NCBI GenBank assembly: GCA_964199315.1
Contig: OZ116698.1
Coordinates: forward strand, 23,994,001 to 24,058,000
Direction of reading: 5' to 3'
Length of the DNA: 64,000 bases
Source of the DNA: Orbicella franksi
Taxonomy: Eukaryota
Notes under the pieces: model-generated
What the model was told of the DNA's origin: nothing
What the model saw: the letters and a program-made list of their open reading frames with translations, nothing else
Database searches by the model: none
Translations under genes and position numbers: made by a program
Shown here: one piece after another, positions 1 to 13,128 of the stretch
How positions within the stretch are numbered: position 1 is the first letter of the stretch
How the letters are laid out: every line of letters begins with the position of its first letter

Positions 1-383
1 GGAATTTTAGACCTGGTATCAGTTGTTTGGATGTGGTTTCTAACCAAAACAAAGCAACTGAAATTGAACCTCTCAGTATCATGTCAAATTAAAAGTCACC
101 CTTATTATTTTTATCTGTCATAGTAGAGTGCAAATAGAGATTGTTGAATTTGCAACAAAGAATCTGACATACTCTGAATTGAAATGAACTGTACATGTGT
201 GTCAATCTTTCTTCAATGAGATTGTCACCTCTTCATTGCTGCTCCTCTCTAGTATATGTTCTCTTTGAATAACCAGATAACTGCTTAAATTAATTTCTTC
301 AATCAAAAGCACAACTAAATAAAAATAGTTCACATGACTTATGCAATCCTCCTGAATGCTACATTGAAATACTTCATTATACC

Positions 384-581
384 AATAGGCTCTTTGCATG
401 ACCTGGTCACATGGTACAAAATCAGCCATGCTGGGATGCAGGTTAATCAATGGGATATTCAAAACAACAGAAAGTCAAGCTTTACTGGTGCAAATTGCTT
501 TGTTTTGGATGTCTGTCTGCGTAATAACATGTAGCTCAGCTTGGCTGATTTTGTACCACATGACCATGTACAGGGTCTATT
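384..581. mobile_element. MITE (non-autonomous DNA transposon, possibly PIF/Harbinger-like)
   Basis: Long imperfect terminal inverted repeats: aataggctctttgcatgacctggtcacatggtacaaaatcagcca (384-) versus tggctgattttgtaccacatgaccatgtacagggtctatt (-581). No credible coding capacity. Confidence 0.7.
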
Positions 582-3500
582 AGCAGCTGCAGTTTCCCAA
601 TCTAAATCTTTGGTCAAAATATCAAATAAATTAATTACCATTTCCATTTGTTGGAGCTGTGCATCATTGTGATGATGGGGAATGTGCTTAATTAGTGGAT
701 GAACCATCCAAACATTCAGTTCTGTACTTGGGATCAAAATGTCTGGATCATGCAAAAGATGGCATTAGCTAGCATTGCTTTTATTTTATTATCTTCTTCC
801 TCTTCCAGGTCACATCATGTGCCCCATCCTTTAATAATACTAATACTGTAACATCTTAGTTGTAATGTTTTACTTTACAATTTACCTAGTATTGAAAGCC
901 CTGTACATAAAATCGCTTGCATATTTATGCCATTGTGTCTTTGATATTCTTGAACTGCAGAGGCCCAGCATCTCACTGCTGCTGCTGTACTTATCTTTGT
1001 TACAGACTGTCTCTAACACCACATCTGCTAAATTATATGACACTATGGTGAGTTTGCTTTGTGTAGAGTATTGTGTAGATCATTTATTAGCCTGCCATAT
1101 CTTTATTTGAAACTATTATACTGAAGTATTATGCATGTAAGTGAGGGATGAACCATGATAAGGAGAGTATCTAAGATGTATTCTTTATGCCCTTACTGGA
1201 GGTGACAAACATGGTGTTCTTGTGTGCATGTACACATACACTGTAGTTATTGCGAACATTTCAAGGATGGTCAAAACTGGAATAGCTTAAGGTCATTCCA
1301 CTGTAATAGAACCTACGCTTAGATTTTTACCAAACTTCTCCCGCTTGTCTCTCAATATATGTAAAATACAACTAGTGAGACAATCTCAGATAGTGCAGAG
1401 CGCAATTGATAGCTCTGGTACAGTAGTCCCATAAGTACTCACCCCTACTCGGTTCACTTCCGGTTTGTGTCTATCTTGGTAGTCTGCTACGGCTTTTCCC
1501 CTTTGCAGTGTGTATGTTTCAAGGTTGTATTTTCATTCAAGGTCCAAACATTACGCACAAATTAATTACTACTGGTGCTTTAAGTTGATTTTCGTTCATT
1601 TTAAATTCAACAATACGCTGAAGCAGCAAACGTGACAATTTAGCTCTTCACGCCAACTTTGTAACTTGATACTTTTGTTTTCCTCGCAAAGCCATGTAAT
1701 ATGAAACCCCTGTTTTCTCCAAAACATACGGATGTCCTTGTTTTTTGGAGATAAATGAAAGAAAGTTAAATATCTGATGTAGTGATGAAGAAACGGAACA
1801 GAGACGATGTTTTACTAAAAATGCAAATTTTTACCGATGAACAAGAACTAATTTAATTATCAGATAGTCACGAAATACCACTTTCTTTTTCTGTTGCCAC
1901 CTTTGTTGTTAACAATAAAACAATTCAAAATTAACACACAACGATATTGATGGCTGAGAAGCTTTTCAACGAAAAGTATTGAAGATAAACAGCGCTACTT
2001 GGCCGATATGAATGAGTCTCCTCACAGACTGATTAAATTAATTTGCGCTTTCATTAGGTGCCACGGCGTCTGCAGCAATATTTGAGCATTTTTCTGGTTT
2101 CTTTTGTTACAAATTCACAATTTGCGGAGTATTAACGCCACTAACTTGAGAACTTTTTGGTCTCTCTTACAGACACAATTAAGGCAAGAAATAAACAAGT
2201 CGCTAAGGAGAAGCAATATATTTGAACTCTGACAAGCACACTATTGTAGATTGAAAACAGCAGATGATATCTGTTGAACCGACCTGTTTGTAATTCTAAA
2301 AGCTACGCAGCCACAGTAACGTTTCACTTTTGCAATAAAAAGGGACAACTGGCGCTACCTGAAAAATAACTGCCGTCCTTGGTCACATGACACGATATAT
2401 AAAATACTGCGTGTAAAGATAGTGTATAACACTAACAATGCTAGAACGCATGCGTCTTACATGTTGAGCTCTACCATAAGGAAAACCACTCAACATTTGT
2501 GCGTGATTCCGTATGCAATGTATCCTTCACCTAATATAGAAGCCACGAACCCTAACTAATCTACGCATGCGTTTAGGGCAAATTAGTTTTGTTCTAAGGA
2601 GAATGGTACCACAAGGAGAGCAAGGGGTTACCTGAAACAAATATATAGCTTTGCGATGTTCAAAGTTAAGCGACGGCGATGGAATGTGTTTTACGTAGAG
2701 TACACATGTACCTTTCCCACCCTACTCCCACTACTTCCCTGCCTCTAGACTAATTAATTAATTGAAATTAATTAATTAAACAAACATTAAAGTTTACACC
2801 TTAGCGCCATAGCGCCATAGCGCCTTAGTTCCTTAGCGGCAGGCAACCCCCATAACCATCCCAATAGTGCACTCTGCACTAAAAATGAGATAAAAAAGGG
2901 GGGTGCCCATGCTAACGTCTTAGATATTGTGGGTGTAAATACCCCTCTCTAGGGCTGGTTTGTGTCAATTTTACCTAATTATTAAAATTGTAACTTCCTC
3001 ATTTGCAAAGCCAAAATACACTTGAGGGATGCAAGGAAAAGTGAAAAAAGGCGTGAAGAGTTGTCTGTGATATTGAGAATATTTCCCTCTGTGTCTCACT
3101 GGCGTAAAAGTTTCTTAAGGTTGCCTTTTTGTGCATCAAAGTGGTTGCTATGGTTACCATATCACAAGAAACAATGCACTTTTTGTTACTTTCTGTATTA
3201 TTTTTTCATATTTGTAACACTGAGAATTTGTTCATTTTTTCTCTGCAAAGAGTTTAAAGGAAGTTTTATTAATTAACAACAAAGAATTGTGGGGTCCCCA
3301 TGCTCGTTTTTGAATTCAGCAAGAGATTAGATGATATTTTGGTACCCTTCAAAAATTGTATAATTTTTGATACTAGAAATGTTTTTACAACACTGGTCAT
3401 TACAGTGTATACCACACAAAAATATTTACGAACCATCTATTATAAACTATGCAAGGAATTGTGCATTCTTGTAGAAATAGAGGTGTTGGTTGCCATGGCA

Positions 3501-5305
3501 ACCAACACTGCTAAAACTTCAGACCCACGTCTGCCAAATATCTTGTGTATTAAATATATAAGACACGAACCAAATATATAAACATTATAAATCTATTGTG
3601 GCTTATTTACACTTAAGACTTGTATAATAAATGTATTCCTGAGGTCAACAATTGGCTTTGTTCAATCATTAAAGCAAATATATGGAGCAATTTCCTGATG
3701 CCCAGTCCACTGGTCAAAGACCTTAGTAAACAATATAATATTATATTCAAATATTAAGCCATTCCTTTGTATTAATGGATTTATAACTGTACACTTATTG
3801 CTAGGGGACCAAGAATACTGAAGGCTGCATGTACAATTAAACATGATCATTATTATTTCTTAGGCAAACACTCAAAAGACTTTGTCCAAATAATGATGAA
3901 TATACTTATAAGTATTCTGGGGCCAATTTAGTCACTATTTGCTAATTGTAGAATAAATAATTATGAATTTGCTGGGACCATTATAACCCCATGACCTCCT
4001 ACACTGATGCTCTTCATGCTTTTCACGCAATCTTCCTCCTTCATGAAGGAAGATTGTGTGACAAGCACAGTGTCTGCGTACTGAAGGGTATAATGCTGAA
4101 GGCTTAAACATTATGCAAATTAACTTATATTGTAAATCACCTGATCGTTGAGGCCTGAATACTTTCAAAGGCTTTGATTAATATATAATTAGGAATTCCC
4201 TCTCAGAGGCTCATATATAATTAAATGCTGTTCTGCTGCTAAGGTCAATTTACACTCATGACCAGCCAAGACTCTCAATGTTACAAGATGGTAGATGTCA
4301 GGGCTCTGAACAACAATAAAATTACTTAAGCACTTAGTGTAATTCTGACATCTGTAGCATATTTTAGTTACATACAATTTACCCCGTTAGGGGACATTTT
4401 CTTCACAAGCCTGAGTTTAACATTACTAAAATATAATTATTATTGTATTGGCCACTGTATGTAAAAATTAGTGCAACATGTCAGCTCGTGAAGCTCAGCC
4501 TAATTTTGAAAGAAGTTACAAATATTTGGTACAACACGTTTGTTCCTAGTGACTCTTGGCTTGCCCTGAAACCTCTCCATTAGCACGTTGGAGAGACCAT
4601 CAGCTGCACCTCTCTGAAAGGCAAGTTGCAAGTGTGTAATTGTGAGTCCTGGGGATGCCACTTTCTCAGCCATTCCTTTCATGATCACTTTGGCCTGAAT
4701 GAGAGGCTGCAGAGAACTAAGGTTTTCTCTCTTCTTGTCCAAGAAGTCATAATATTCTTCCAGCCACGAAAGGGTGAAACTTTGCTTCAGGATGCAATCT
4801 TCGCTGACAAGTTTGGAAGCCAGTCTTTGAAGAATGTGCACATCAGCCAGCACATTATGAGCAGTAGTGTCCAGAAGGTCAGAAGCAAGGGACCCCTGGC
4901 TGCATGACTGATGGTCAGGATACAGCTCTTTAAAAACATGGAGTGTATCACAAACCCCCATTACCACTTTGCGATACTCTTCAAGGTCACCACATGTTGT
5001 CCAGGCTTTCATTAGATGCATACCATCAAAACTTTTGCCATTGTGAGCAAGGAGTATACATGGCTTCCTTGGCTTCAACCAATCGAGAAGCTTTGATACA
5101 CCTTCTGCCAGACTTTCAGTTAAAACTGGTCACCCATTGTATACGAGGCCTTTGTTCCTGACAGAAAGTTTGTTTACTGTGGAAGCCCCTGAAGATATTC
5201 CATGTGTAGGCATGACATAGACATTGAAGTCCTCCCTACCATCTGTAGCTGCAATCTGGCATATCTCTGCATCATTTCTTGGAAACAACAACAAAAAGAG
5301 TTTTA

Positions 5306-5306
5306 A

Positions 5307-5351
<45 letters not shown>

Positions 5352-5370
5352 GATTATTATTATGATTATT
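5306..5370. repeat. (ATT)n microsatellite in an intron
   Basis: Direct reading; it produces the spurious poly-Ile ORFs in the ORF track. Confidence 0.95.
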
Positions 5371-6341
5371 GAAACTTTATTTGGTCTGTTTTTTAATAAA
5401 CAGACCAACTGCCTGTAATGATGAGATTTTTTATTAACTGATGAGCAGTTTGTGAAAAAAAATGCAAGTTGGTCTTTGGCCATGTACATAAATCCAGGAT
5501 CCTGGGAGGGCAAACAAGTTCCTAATTAATGGCTGAAGGTCAGTACGGTACAGTATGTGGGAACCCAGGACTTAGGGAAGTAAAAATACCACACTTGGGA
5601 TCCCAGACGATAATTATTTGTAAATCCTCAATTGTACATGATTGTACAGCAAACACATGAATTACATTAACAATGAAGTCACATGCACGTAATTATATTA
5701 TTTGACATACAGTATATAAACCAGCAGACCTGTATCTGATAGAACATTACTTACCTCTTGAGGAGGTCTCCAGGTCAATAACTACTCTGTTCAAATCGCT
5801 GCCTGAAGAAATTTTTCTTCTTTCTGTCAGTGTCATAGGAGGGGGATTTCACCCTGGACATGTGGGGATTCTTTCCTAAATCCCAAACCACTCTCATACT
5901 GTTTGCCCTCTCATTTGAGCTTCTCCGTTCCTGTCTCTTCTCTGCTTCTTAAACTCTCTGCTCTTTGATAGGCAGACTAAGTCTAGACATCTTCCTGTCT
6001 ACTCTATCTGCATAGGTTTTACTATTACTTCCTGGTGATAGCAGTATTTTCTGCAGTGCCTAATATGGCATTTGATGTTGAAAAGAAATCATAATCACTA
6101 GTGGTATCTGCATATCTATCTTGGCACAAAACAACCAAGGGATCAATTATCAGAAACAAGGGAAGGTAATCGTAGTTCTCAGATGTAAATTAAAACTTAG
6201 TAAAAAGTGCCTTTACTCCCATCCCCTCTCAGGTCCTAATGGCAATAATATTCACATACTTTTCAGGTAGATATATGGGAGAAGTCAAGGGAGATATGCT
6301 GCTTTTATCCCCTTTCTGACTTGAAATTCTTTTAGAACCTC

Positions 6342-6571
6342 TATTTAAGAAAAAGAGGACTTTTCCCATGTTTACATAGCCTCATCTAAACATCAGGGGA
6401 GTTGGAGGAATTGAAGACAGTTGTGCAAACCCTGGTTATACAAACTCGAGATGCAGTCAAGGGTTTGCATAATTTTTGAGAATTCTCCTAGCTCCAAGTA
6501 TCTACATGAGGCACAAGTGTTAGATCAGGCTATGTAAACATGAAAAAGTCCTCTTTTGTTTTTATAAAATA
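6342..6571. mobile_element. MITE in a transposase intron
   Basis: Inverted repeats aaaagaggacttttcccatgtttacatagcctcatctaaaca (6351-) and tgttagatcaggctatgtaaacatgaaaaagtcctctttt (-6557). Confidence 0.7.
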
Positions 6572-7639
6572 TTTCTCAATAATAGGTGCAAATCTAACGT
6601 ATCACTCATGTTTTCATACCCTTATCTAAATAAACCTATCACCCCATGAGAGCTGCATAGTATTTCAGTTATTTTTTAATGACACATATAAAATTTATTT
6701 AGCAAAATTATTTTAAATCAATTACTATCTATTGCCATCATCATAATTATCCTCAAAGGAAAATGTACAATGTATACATAAGCTCTTCCCTCTGCCACAT
6801 ATGGGTGACCAAGAATTTTTTGGGTCACAGCACAGGCTACTCTGTAGTCATTACTTTTGCTGGAACCATAGTGCCGGATCTTAGGAGCCTTACTGCCTAT
6901 TGTGTTGTTTAAAGCCTCATTTACCTGGCTGCTTCCCAGAGGGGCAAGCTTATCAGCACTCTGAACAAAAATGTCCACAACTTCTTTCAGATCACTTTCC
7001 AGCTCTTGCCCCTGAAGATCTTTCCCATGTGGAAGTGAGTTGTGGGTGTACATTGATGGATTGATTGGATAGCCACACCAAGAACTACTGCAGTTTTCAT
7101 GATGGCCAAAACATGTGGAACCATTGATTTCAGACTGGTTTTCAGCCCCTCAACATTGTCCTTGTTTAGCTTAAGTGCATAGCCAAAACACTTGAGCAGG
7201 TGTAATCAATTGCTTTGTTGCTCAGGACCCCTTTGTGTTTTGCCTGGAGTGAATAAAGGCTGGTTGCCATTGACCTCTTGGCATGGACAATATCCGACCA
7301 CTTGTCTACATCATGCTGAACACTCTCTCTGACTTTCTTTATGGTTGAAGAGTCATCATCCCCAACTAGAATAGATATCTGAGCCCCATGCTTTCCTGCA
7401 TTGTTGGCCAATTCTACAGCAACGTCTGGCTCCAGCGCTTTTGATGACCCAGACCAATTGCAGCAACAGTCATGTGCTCTTACTTCTTGCCCACTTCATT
7501 TAGCAGACTGACAAACAGCACAGCGCTTGTTTCTTGTACTGTATGCCAACACTTTTCCAGATTGAAGGCCAACCATGGACCCAACACCTGTAGAAAATTA
7601 ATAGTTATTTAAATGTTTATAGAAAATGCCACTATTTAA

Positions 7640-7823
7640 ACAATAGAGTGTTTCTGTCGGGGAACTATTGGCTGATAGTTGCTCCATGGAAATTTTATGT
7701 TCTTAAAACAAATATTTACAAAAGAAGTGAAGCTTTGAGGGCAAATATGCTAGTTTTAAGAACATCAAATTTCCAAGGGGCAACTATCAGACTGATACTT
7801 CCGAGACATAAACACTCTATTGT
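7640..7823. mobile_element. MITE
   Basis: About 55-bp imperfect TIRs: acaatagagtgtttctgtcggggaactattggctgatagttgctccatggaaattt versus aaatttccaaggggcaactatcagactgatacttccgagacataaacactctattgt. Confidence 0.7.
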
Positions 7824-7825
7824 CT

Positions 7826-8154
7826 TTATTGTTCACCACTAAATTTTCTTCCATGCGCCAGTTCAAAAATCATATTGAATTATTTTCAACTTTTTTAGAT
7901 GAAAGCTGTGAAAGCCAAATGTAAAATTTGAAAAAGAAAACAAACAAAAACCCTCTTAATACAAATTCAATTGTTTATTTTCTATAAGCCCGCTTGTTTA
8001 CAGAAACATTTTCACGGACAAGTACTATCCATCCAGGTACTTTCCTCGGACAGGCACTATGGGCTCATAGTGTCTCTCTGTGGATGAACACTATCATGTC
8101 ACGTGATTAATTTAAACCAATAAGAATTGGAGAAAATTTAGTGGTGAACTATAA
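7826..8154. mobile_element. MITE abutting the previous one
   Basis: TIRs ttattgttcaccactaaattttct and agaaaatttagtggtgaactataa. Confidence 0.7.
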
Positions 8155-10666
8155 TGTTACATAGTGCTGGGTACTGTATCTCCATTGAAAGATTACATAA
8201 ACACAATGTATGTTAGTTTTACAAATTCAACAATAATAATTATCAGATGAAATAACCAACTAAATAACTTAATGATAATAACTAACTAACTAAATAAATA
8301 ATTAGAAAGATAGATACATGAAGATACGTGTAGATAAATAAAAATAAATAAATAAAAATATACTGAATGTCTCTCTCTCTCCATATAATTTTAATTTTTA
8401 CTTTAATTTTTACAATTTATGGTGTACAAAAACAGAATTCAAAGGATGAAATGCAAAAGAGTCAAAGACCCCATATTAAAGCAGATCACCAACGGTACTA
8501 AAATGAAAATAATGATACAAATTAAATTATTGTAGTAATAAATATAACAAGAACAACATTCAAAGAATGCATTAATCCATAAAAAAACTTTTTGACTAAA
8601 GCTTTAAAAGAATATATATATAGTATATAGATCTGTCAAACAATTAAGTAGCCTATCGGATGGTTTACAACGGAAAATAAAATACGAATAAAAAAACAGC
8701 AATTTCTGGTTTGAGTAGTTTGATCAGACCTGTCAGACTATTATGTCCTTTGCCACGCTTCTGCCAACCCATATGGTACGAAGCGCCAATCGAAACTACT
8801 TCTTCTGTCTCCCTCCTCCAGCACTTCTTCTCCACCTCCATTGCCTCTTCACATGATGCTTTCGCTACTTCCTCGATGGCAGGACCAACTTCTTGTTCTC
8901 TGGCTTTGAAAGTACTTTGACTTACGGGAGGTATGTTCATTGAAGTCAACAACGCGTTTACGTGACTTGGCCCTATTCTGGCGTGTAACATACCTAAATT
9001 AACGAGGTTTTGATTGAAAATTAGAATTAGAATAACTTTTGGCCACAAACTTTTATTTCATCAAGAAATACTTCGAGTTGCAAGCCTAAAATTGAACCTA
9101 CCCGCTGCTAATTTCGTGTTTACGTCGAAAATCGGTCTTCCTCTTCGTTTGTCACTTGAACGATGGGCCTTGTTTGTGTGACAGACATTTATCTCTCCAC
9201 AGTCACTGCTGCTGCAGGTGATGTAAAGCAAACTCCCCAACCCCGATACCGTTTCACGAAAACAATTCAACAACTGGAGTGAAGCTCCACAACTCTTACA
9301 CTACAACTCTTTCGCTGACACATGAGTTCCACGATACGTCTCCCTCGTAACTCGAGGCAGCTTTGTGACAGTGAGCTTCAGCGCCCATTTCAACCTCCTC
9401 GACAACTATTCCGGGTCTTTTACAGTTAACCGCCGACATTTCTCTCCGTTTAGTCTCTTTCAGTCTTCGAAAACAACCTTTCTTGTCTCTAGTCCGCATA
9501 GCCGCCATCTTGAAAATGTTGCAAATTAAGAGCTGATGTTATGCGCATTAGAGATGCGCAGTGTAAAACTGGGGAATCACCTTAATTTCAGTCGTTGACT
9601 CAGACATCCGCTTATTCGTTGTTTCACTATAAAGTTTGATCTCCAGTCATAAATTCAGAGTTGAAATAAACTGCAGAACATACTGTACAGTAGTCAACAT
9701 TTCCCTTATAATTGACATTGTGGCTTTCGCAAAATGCAAGAGAAATGCAATTGTGTAACTTTATAAACAAAGCACGTGACACGTGCTTCACGTCACGTGC
9801 AAGTCTCATTTCCACACTCCCATCACTGTCCATTACGTGTGACTTGTTTTGGCCAGGACTTTCGCACGCTACATGCTGCCTATCCTTATTACTTAGTAGT
9901 AATAGTACTCAGGTAGTCACATACAATATCAGCTCGAAACAGCTGTCAGCGCAAATGAAAGAATAGACTGTTCCTAAGTAACCCTGCGCTTTTTTGATAA
10001 TATGAGACCTAGTACAAAACAATTTATTTCTCTGTTTTGACTCTCTGTATTTAACTTTGCCGGGGTAAAAATCAAGTTCCATTCAATGAGTCTGACAGTT
10101 CTTTGCTAAACCGTTCCAGTTTTATACTTAACGTGATTCTTGCCCGTCTCCATTTGTTGTTGGAGTCCTAGTCAACAAAATAAACCTCCAAGATACAAGA
10201 AAACTTCGGAAATAAACTGTTTAATACCAAATGTTCCCTTACGAGAATCTTGCAAACTAAGAGTTGTGCGTCGTTTCAGCGTAACACCAACTTCGGGGGT
10301 GGGGGTGGGAGCAACGAGTTGGGGGCCGGTACCATCTTTATGGGTCACCACGAAGCGTAACGAAGTTGCGTTTGGTTTGCAATAATTACAGCAAAGAATC
10401 CGGCAAGTTGGCTTATATGATTGATGACCACAATGAATAAACAAACATTTGCCATTTATTCCAACAATCTTATAAAAAGTTACACAAACATATGAAAAGA
10501 GTCGCTGTAATTAAATTGATGACATGCAATCGTGAACATAAATCTTGATATTAGACTATAGGTAGTGGCATAACCATAATAACTCTTGCTATATGACATT
10601 TTTACTTTAGAATTGAGCAAAAATCCCTTTATAGACGTCTTCTATTCCTTTTTTTTTTTCAAGTAC

Positions 10667-11121
10667 CCTAATGCCTTTAATTTCACAAATTTCGTGAGTT
10701 GTTATAAGATCGGAACAACAAAATCTCGTTAAAGTTTATGTTAAAAGAGATAAATTTTCCCCAAGCACAGATAAGAAATACTAGTTTTGACATTGTCAGT
10801 CAACCTAAGCCCACTTTTAAGGCAACAATACATAAAACAATTTTGCATAACGTTTTGTTCCTAACATGTCAGTAACCGGCGCGGATCAATGTTCAGAGCT
10901 ATTCAGTTTTGTCTGATGGTGACACCACGTTTGTGTTGTCATCATATGAAACAAAAGATACGCAAGACAATAATCAACAAACCACGTCGGGTCAGTATAC
11001 CCAACCAACAATAGTTTTTCAGTAAACCAAGTCAATTTCGCAAAGTATTTGTCTCTCCAACTTTTAACTCTTCTGCTTTCCTATTTTCTCGTGAAATTCA
11101 TGTAAATGAAAGGCATTAGAG
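10667..11121. mobile_element. Possible MITE
   Basis: Imperfect ~33-bp inverted repeat: ccctaatgcctttaatttcacaaatttcgtgag versus ctcgtgaaattcatgtaaatgaaaggcattagag. Confidence 0.4.
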
Positions 11122-11536
11122 TGATTACAGTTGGTCCTGTGAAATATAACGATTAAATGTGAATATAATTGTTCATTTTTATGCGGTCATCTCTGTGTTG
11201 TGCGTCTTTTGCTTGTCACTTAGGGCCTTGCTATAATAAAAGTTTGAAAGTTTGTTTCAAACTGCCCTAAATATGAAAAATCAGCAAATATATAATGTGC
11301 ACAACCTGTAGTCAGAGTCTTGGCATACGTCGTCTAATCTCAGTCTATAGTTTCGTACTTAACAGCCTACTTTTAAGAAAAAATTTAAACCTTTTCAACC
11401 AAACAAATTAGTCCACTTTAAGTAAAAGATAGCGGGTCTGGAATTGTAAACTAAAAACAGACAGAAGATTCAATTTGTAAAGGCAAAGAGCACCTTAACG
11501 CAAGCTCATTATCTACTAACGATACAAACAGCCCAG

Positions 11537-11650
11537 GGACCGGTTGTTAAATGAATGGATAGAGATATTCCCCAAACAAACCACGCTTTCCACTGGATAG
11601 TGATTTCTCCGGCAGATAGTGTTATCCATCTTTTCTTTAACAACCAGGGC
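11537..11650. mobile_element. Small degenerate MITE
   Basis: Ends ggaccggttgttaaa and tttaacaaccagggc, with internal ggatag/ctatcc-type motifs. Confidence 0.4.
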
Positions 11651-12357
11651 TAAATATTAATTGGCATTTAACGTCAAAAGAGAGTTCGCGCCAACTACGA
11701 TAGGGAAGGTATCGCCAACGATTCTGCGAGTTGCCTTATACGTCTTGGTACATTTCTTAGCCTTTCAAAAGATCAGCAATTTGGCAAAACCTGACATGAC
11801 CATGACATTTATGGAAGGTAAAAGGAAAGTAATGTTTACATGCTTTTACAATGTATTTGTATGAAGATTGTCTTTCATATTGTGCCAGTGGATAGATCCA
11901 TTATCGTTAGATAAGCTCAATATTTGATCAAGATAATGCCACTGATTACGCAAAAAAATAAAAAAATGAAGAACATACTTCATCTTCAGCCTTTCTGTCA
12001 TGCATTGTTATGTGCATTCCTCATTCTAGCTCTACCCATACAGACCCTCTAAAAGCTTAACTTCAAAACATGCAAAATAAGGCAAAATCTCAAATAAGCT
12101 ACCCTGAAATCTAGCTATTTCATCTTTGGTATATGTGATATTGTAACAGTCACCATGTAGTATATATTCGCCGCCTTCATTCAGTCTTGGTCGCCGTTCT
12201 CCTGGTGAATAACGAAGAGCAAGTATTATAATACGAAATGGGTTGCCAAATAAAAACAATAAAAACAGGTTACACAGTAGCTATATCTTATAATAAAAGC
12301 ACATCTCCCAAAAATCGCAAATTGCTGAAACTCCTCCTCCATCCCTTCTATAAAAAG

Positions 12358-12620
12358 ACAAGTCTGTATACGAGCCAAGAGGCCATCAGGCCGGCACGTA
12401 TCTCCGGTTTCTGTAGCATATAGCGACTAGGAGTGTTTTTTGTCCTCCCTGGATAGTGTGATATTTCATCGCAGGGCTACCCCCAGCATTGTATTCGCCG
12501 GTATGCATTTATACACTTGGGTGGAGAGAGGCACTGCGAAAGTAAAGTGAGAACCCAGGACTATGTTCCCGTTCGGGGTTCGAACCTGGACCGCTCGATC
12601 CGGAGTCGAGCGCACTAAAC
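12358..12620 (-). mobile_element. tRNA-derived SINE (diverged, slightly 5'-truncated copy)
   Basis: Reverse complement aligns end to end with the SINE at 59575-59868 (ggttcgaacc box B, cacccaagtgtataaatg core, gctacagaaac...ggcctgatggcc...ttggctcgtat tail). Confidence 0.85.
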
Positions 12621-12751
12621 TAAATGCCGTATATCTTGAAGCAAACACTACAAAGTGCTTGTTTTCATACAAATTTCCGAGTTGTCCCACACGTATTCTT
12701 GAGGTTGTATCTTGAGAGATTGAAAGCCGGAAAGTTACAATTCACTTACCT

Positions 12752-13128
12752 CTAAAACGTCGCTTCACCTCCATCTTCGTCGCCACTCGCACCGTAATTT
12801 TCTTTTCCTCTCTTTTCTTTTTCAGTCGGTGTGGGTTGAAACAGTGGATTTGTAGCCACTGGGGCACCACCATCTCCCGTAACACTGGCGGTTGATTCAT
12901 ACAGGTGGTTTACTACAGCACCAACACCGCCCATCTCTGAAGAACTACTTGATTCATACAAAGGATTTGAAGCTCCTATTGGACCAGGTCGCCCTGTAAG
13001 ACTTGCTGAGTCATACAGTGGATTTGCTGAAACCATTTTGGTCTCTGGTTTGAACGTCGTGAAAGTTGTCTCCATTTCATTGTCACTGCTCTCTGGTGAT
13101 GCTGGATGGTCATTCTCGGTGCTTTCCA
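12752..13128 (-). CDS. Last coding exon: cytoplasmic tail with NPLY/NPLY/NHLY/NPLF
   Basis: ttatccag|TG; ends GGEATF* (TAG at 12754-12752). Confidence 0.82.

Larger units (their letters stand above)
4500..9508 (-). pseudogene. Decayed multi-exon Kolobok/'Mutator-like' DDE transposase with C-terminal DEDDh 3'-5' exonuclease
   Basis: Approximate exons: 9508-9102, 8993-8729, 7587-6792, 6060-5755 and 5277-4500. Transposase motifs: CKSCG..CFRET.SGLGS.L.ITC; (D>H)MGWQKRGKGHNSLTG; VGDDDSS; SSQVNEALN. Exonuclease motifs: IDLETS; AHNGKSFD; CDTL; HNVLADV. Frameshifts, an in-frame stop (~7500) and a GT>GG donor (~6790) show it is dead. Confidence 0.8.
1291..9581 (-). mobile_element. Candidate Kolobok-like DNA transposon (boundaries tentative)
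   Basis: TTAA at 1287-1290 and at 9582-9585 flank imperfect inverted ends ggtcattccactgt / ggtgattccccagt (11/14 match). The right end lies about 75 bp upstream of the transposase ATG (9508, context caagATGgcg). TTAA target sites and GG...CC ends are Kolobok hallmarks. The left end is less certain. Confidence 0.45.

Noticed and set aside
202-755. Short ORFs (86, 66, 61 and 98 aa) overlapping on both strands
   Set aside because: They largely overlap the MITE at 384-581 and show no recognisable protein motifs.
886-1480. Possible minus-strand exons (886-1024 with AG/GT ends; a donor near 1441 preceded by CCGGAAGTG) of a gene leaving the window to the left
   Set aside because: The splice signals are plausible, but the peptide is unrecognisable and I could not link the exons; not enough support to call a feature.
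5130-5513. Poly-Ile 'signal/TM-like' ORFs
   Set aside because: Translation of an intronic (ATT)n microsatellite.
9772-9800. Hairpin gcacgtgac-N11-gtcacgtgc with three CACGTG E-boxes
   Set aside because: Short, single instance with no associated feature; chance or a repeat remnant cannot be excluded.
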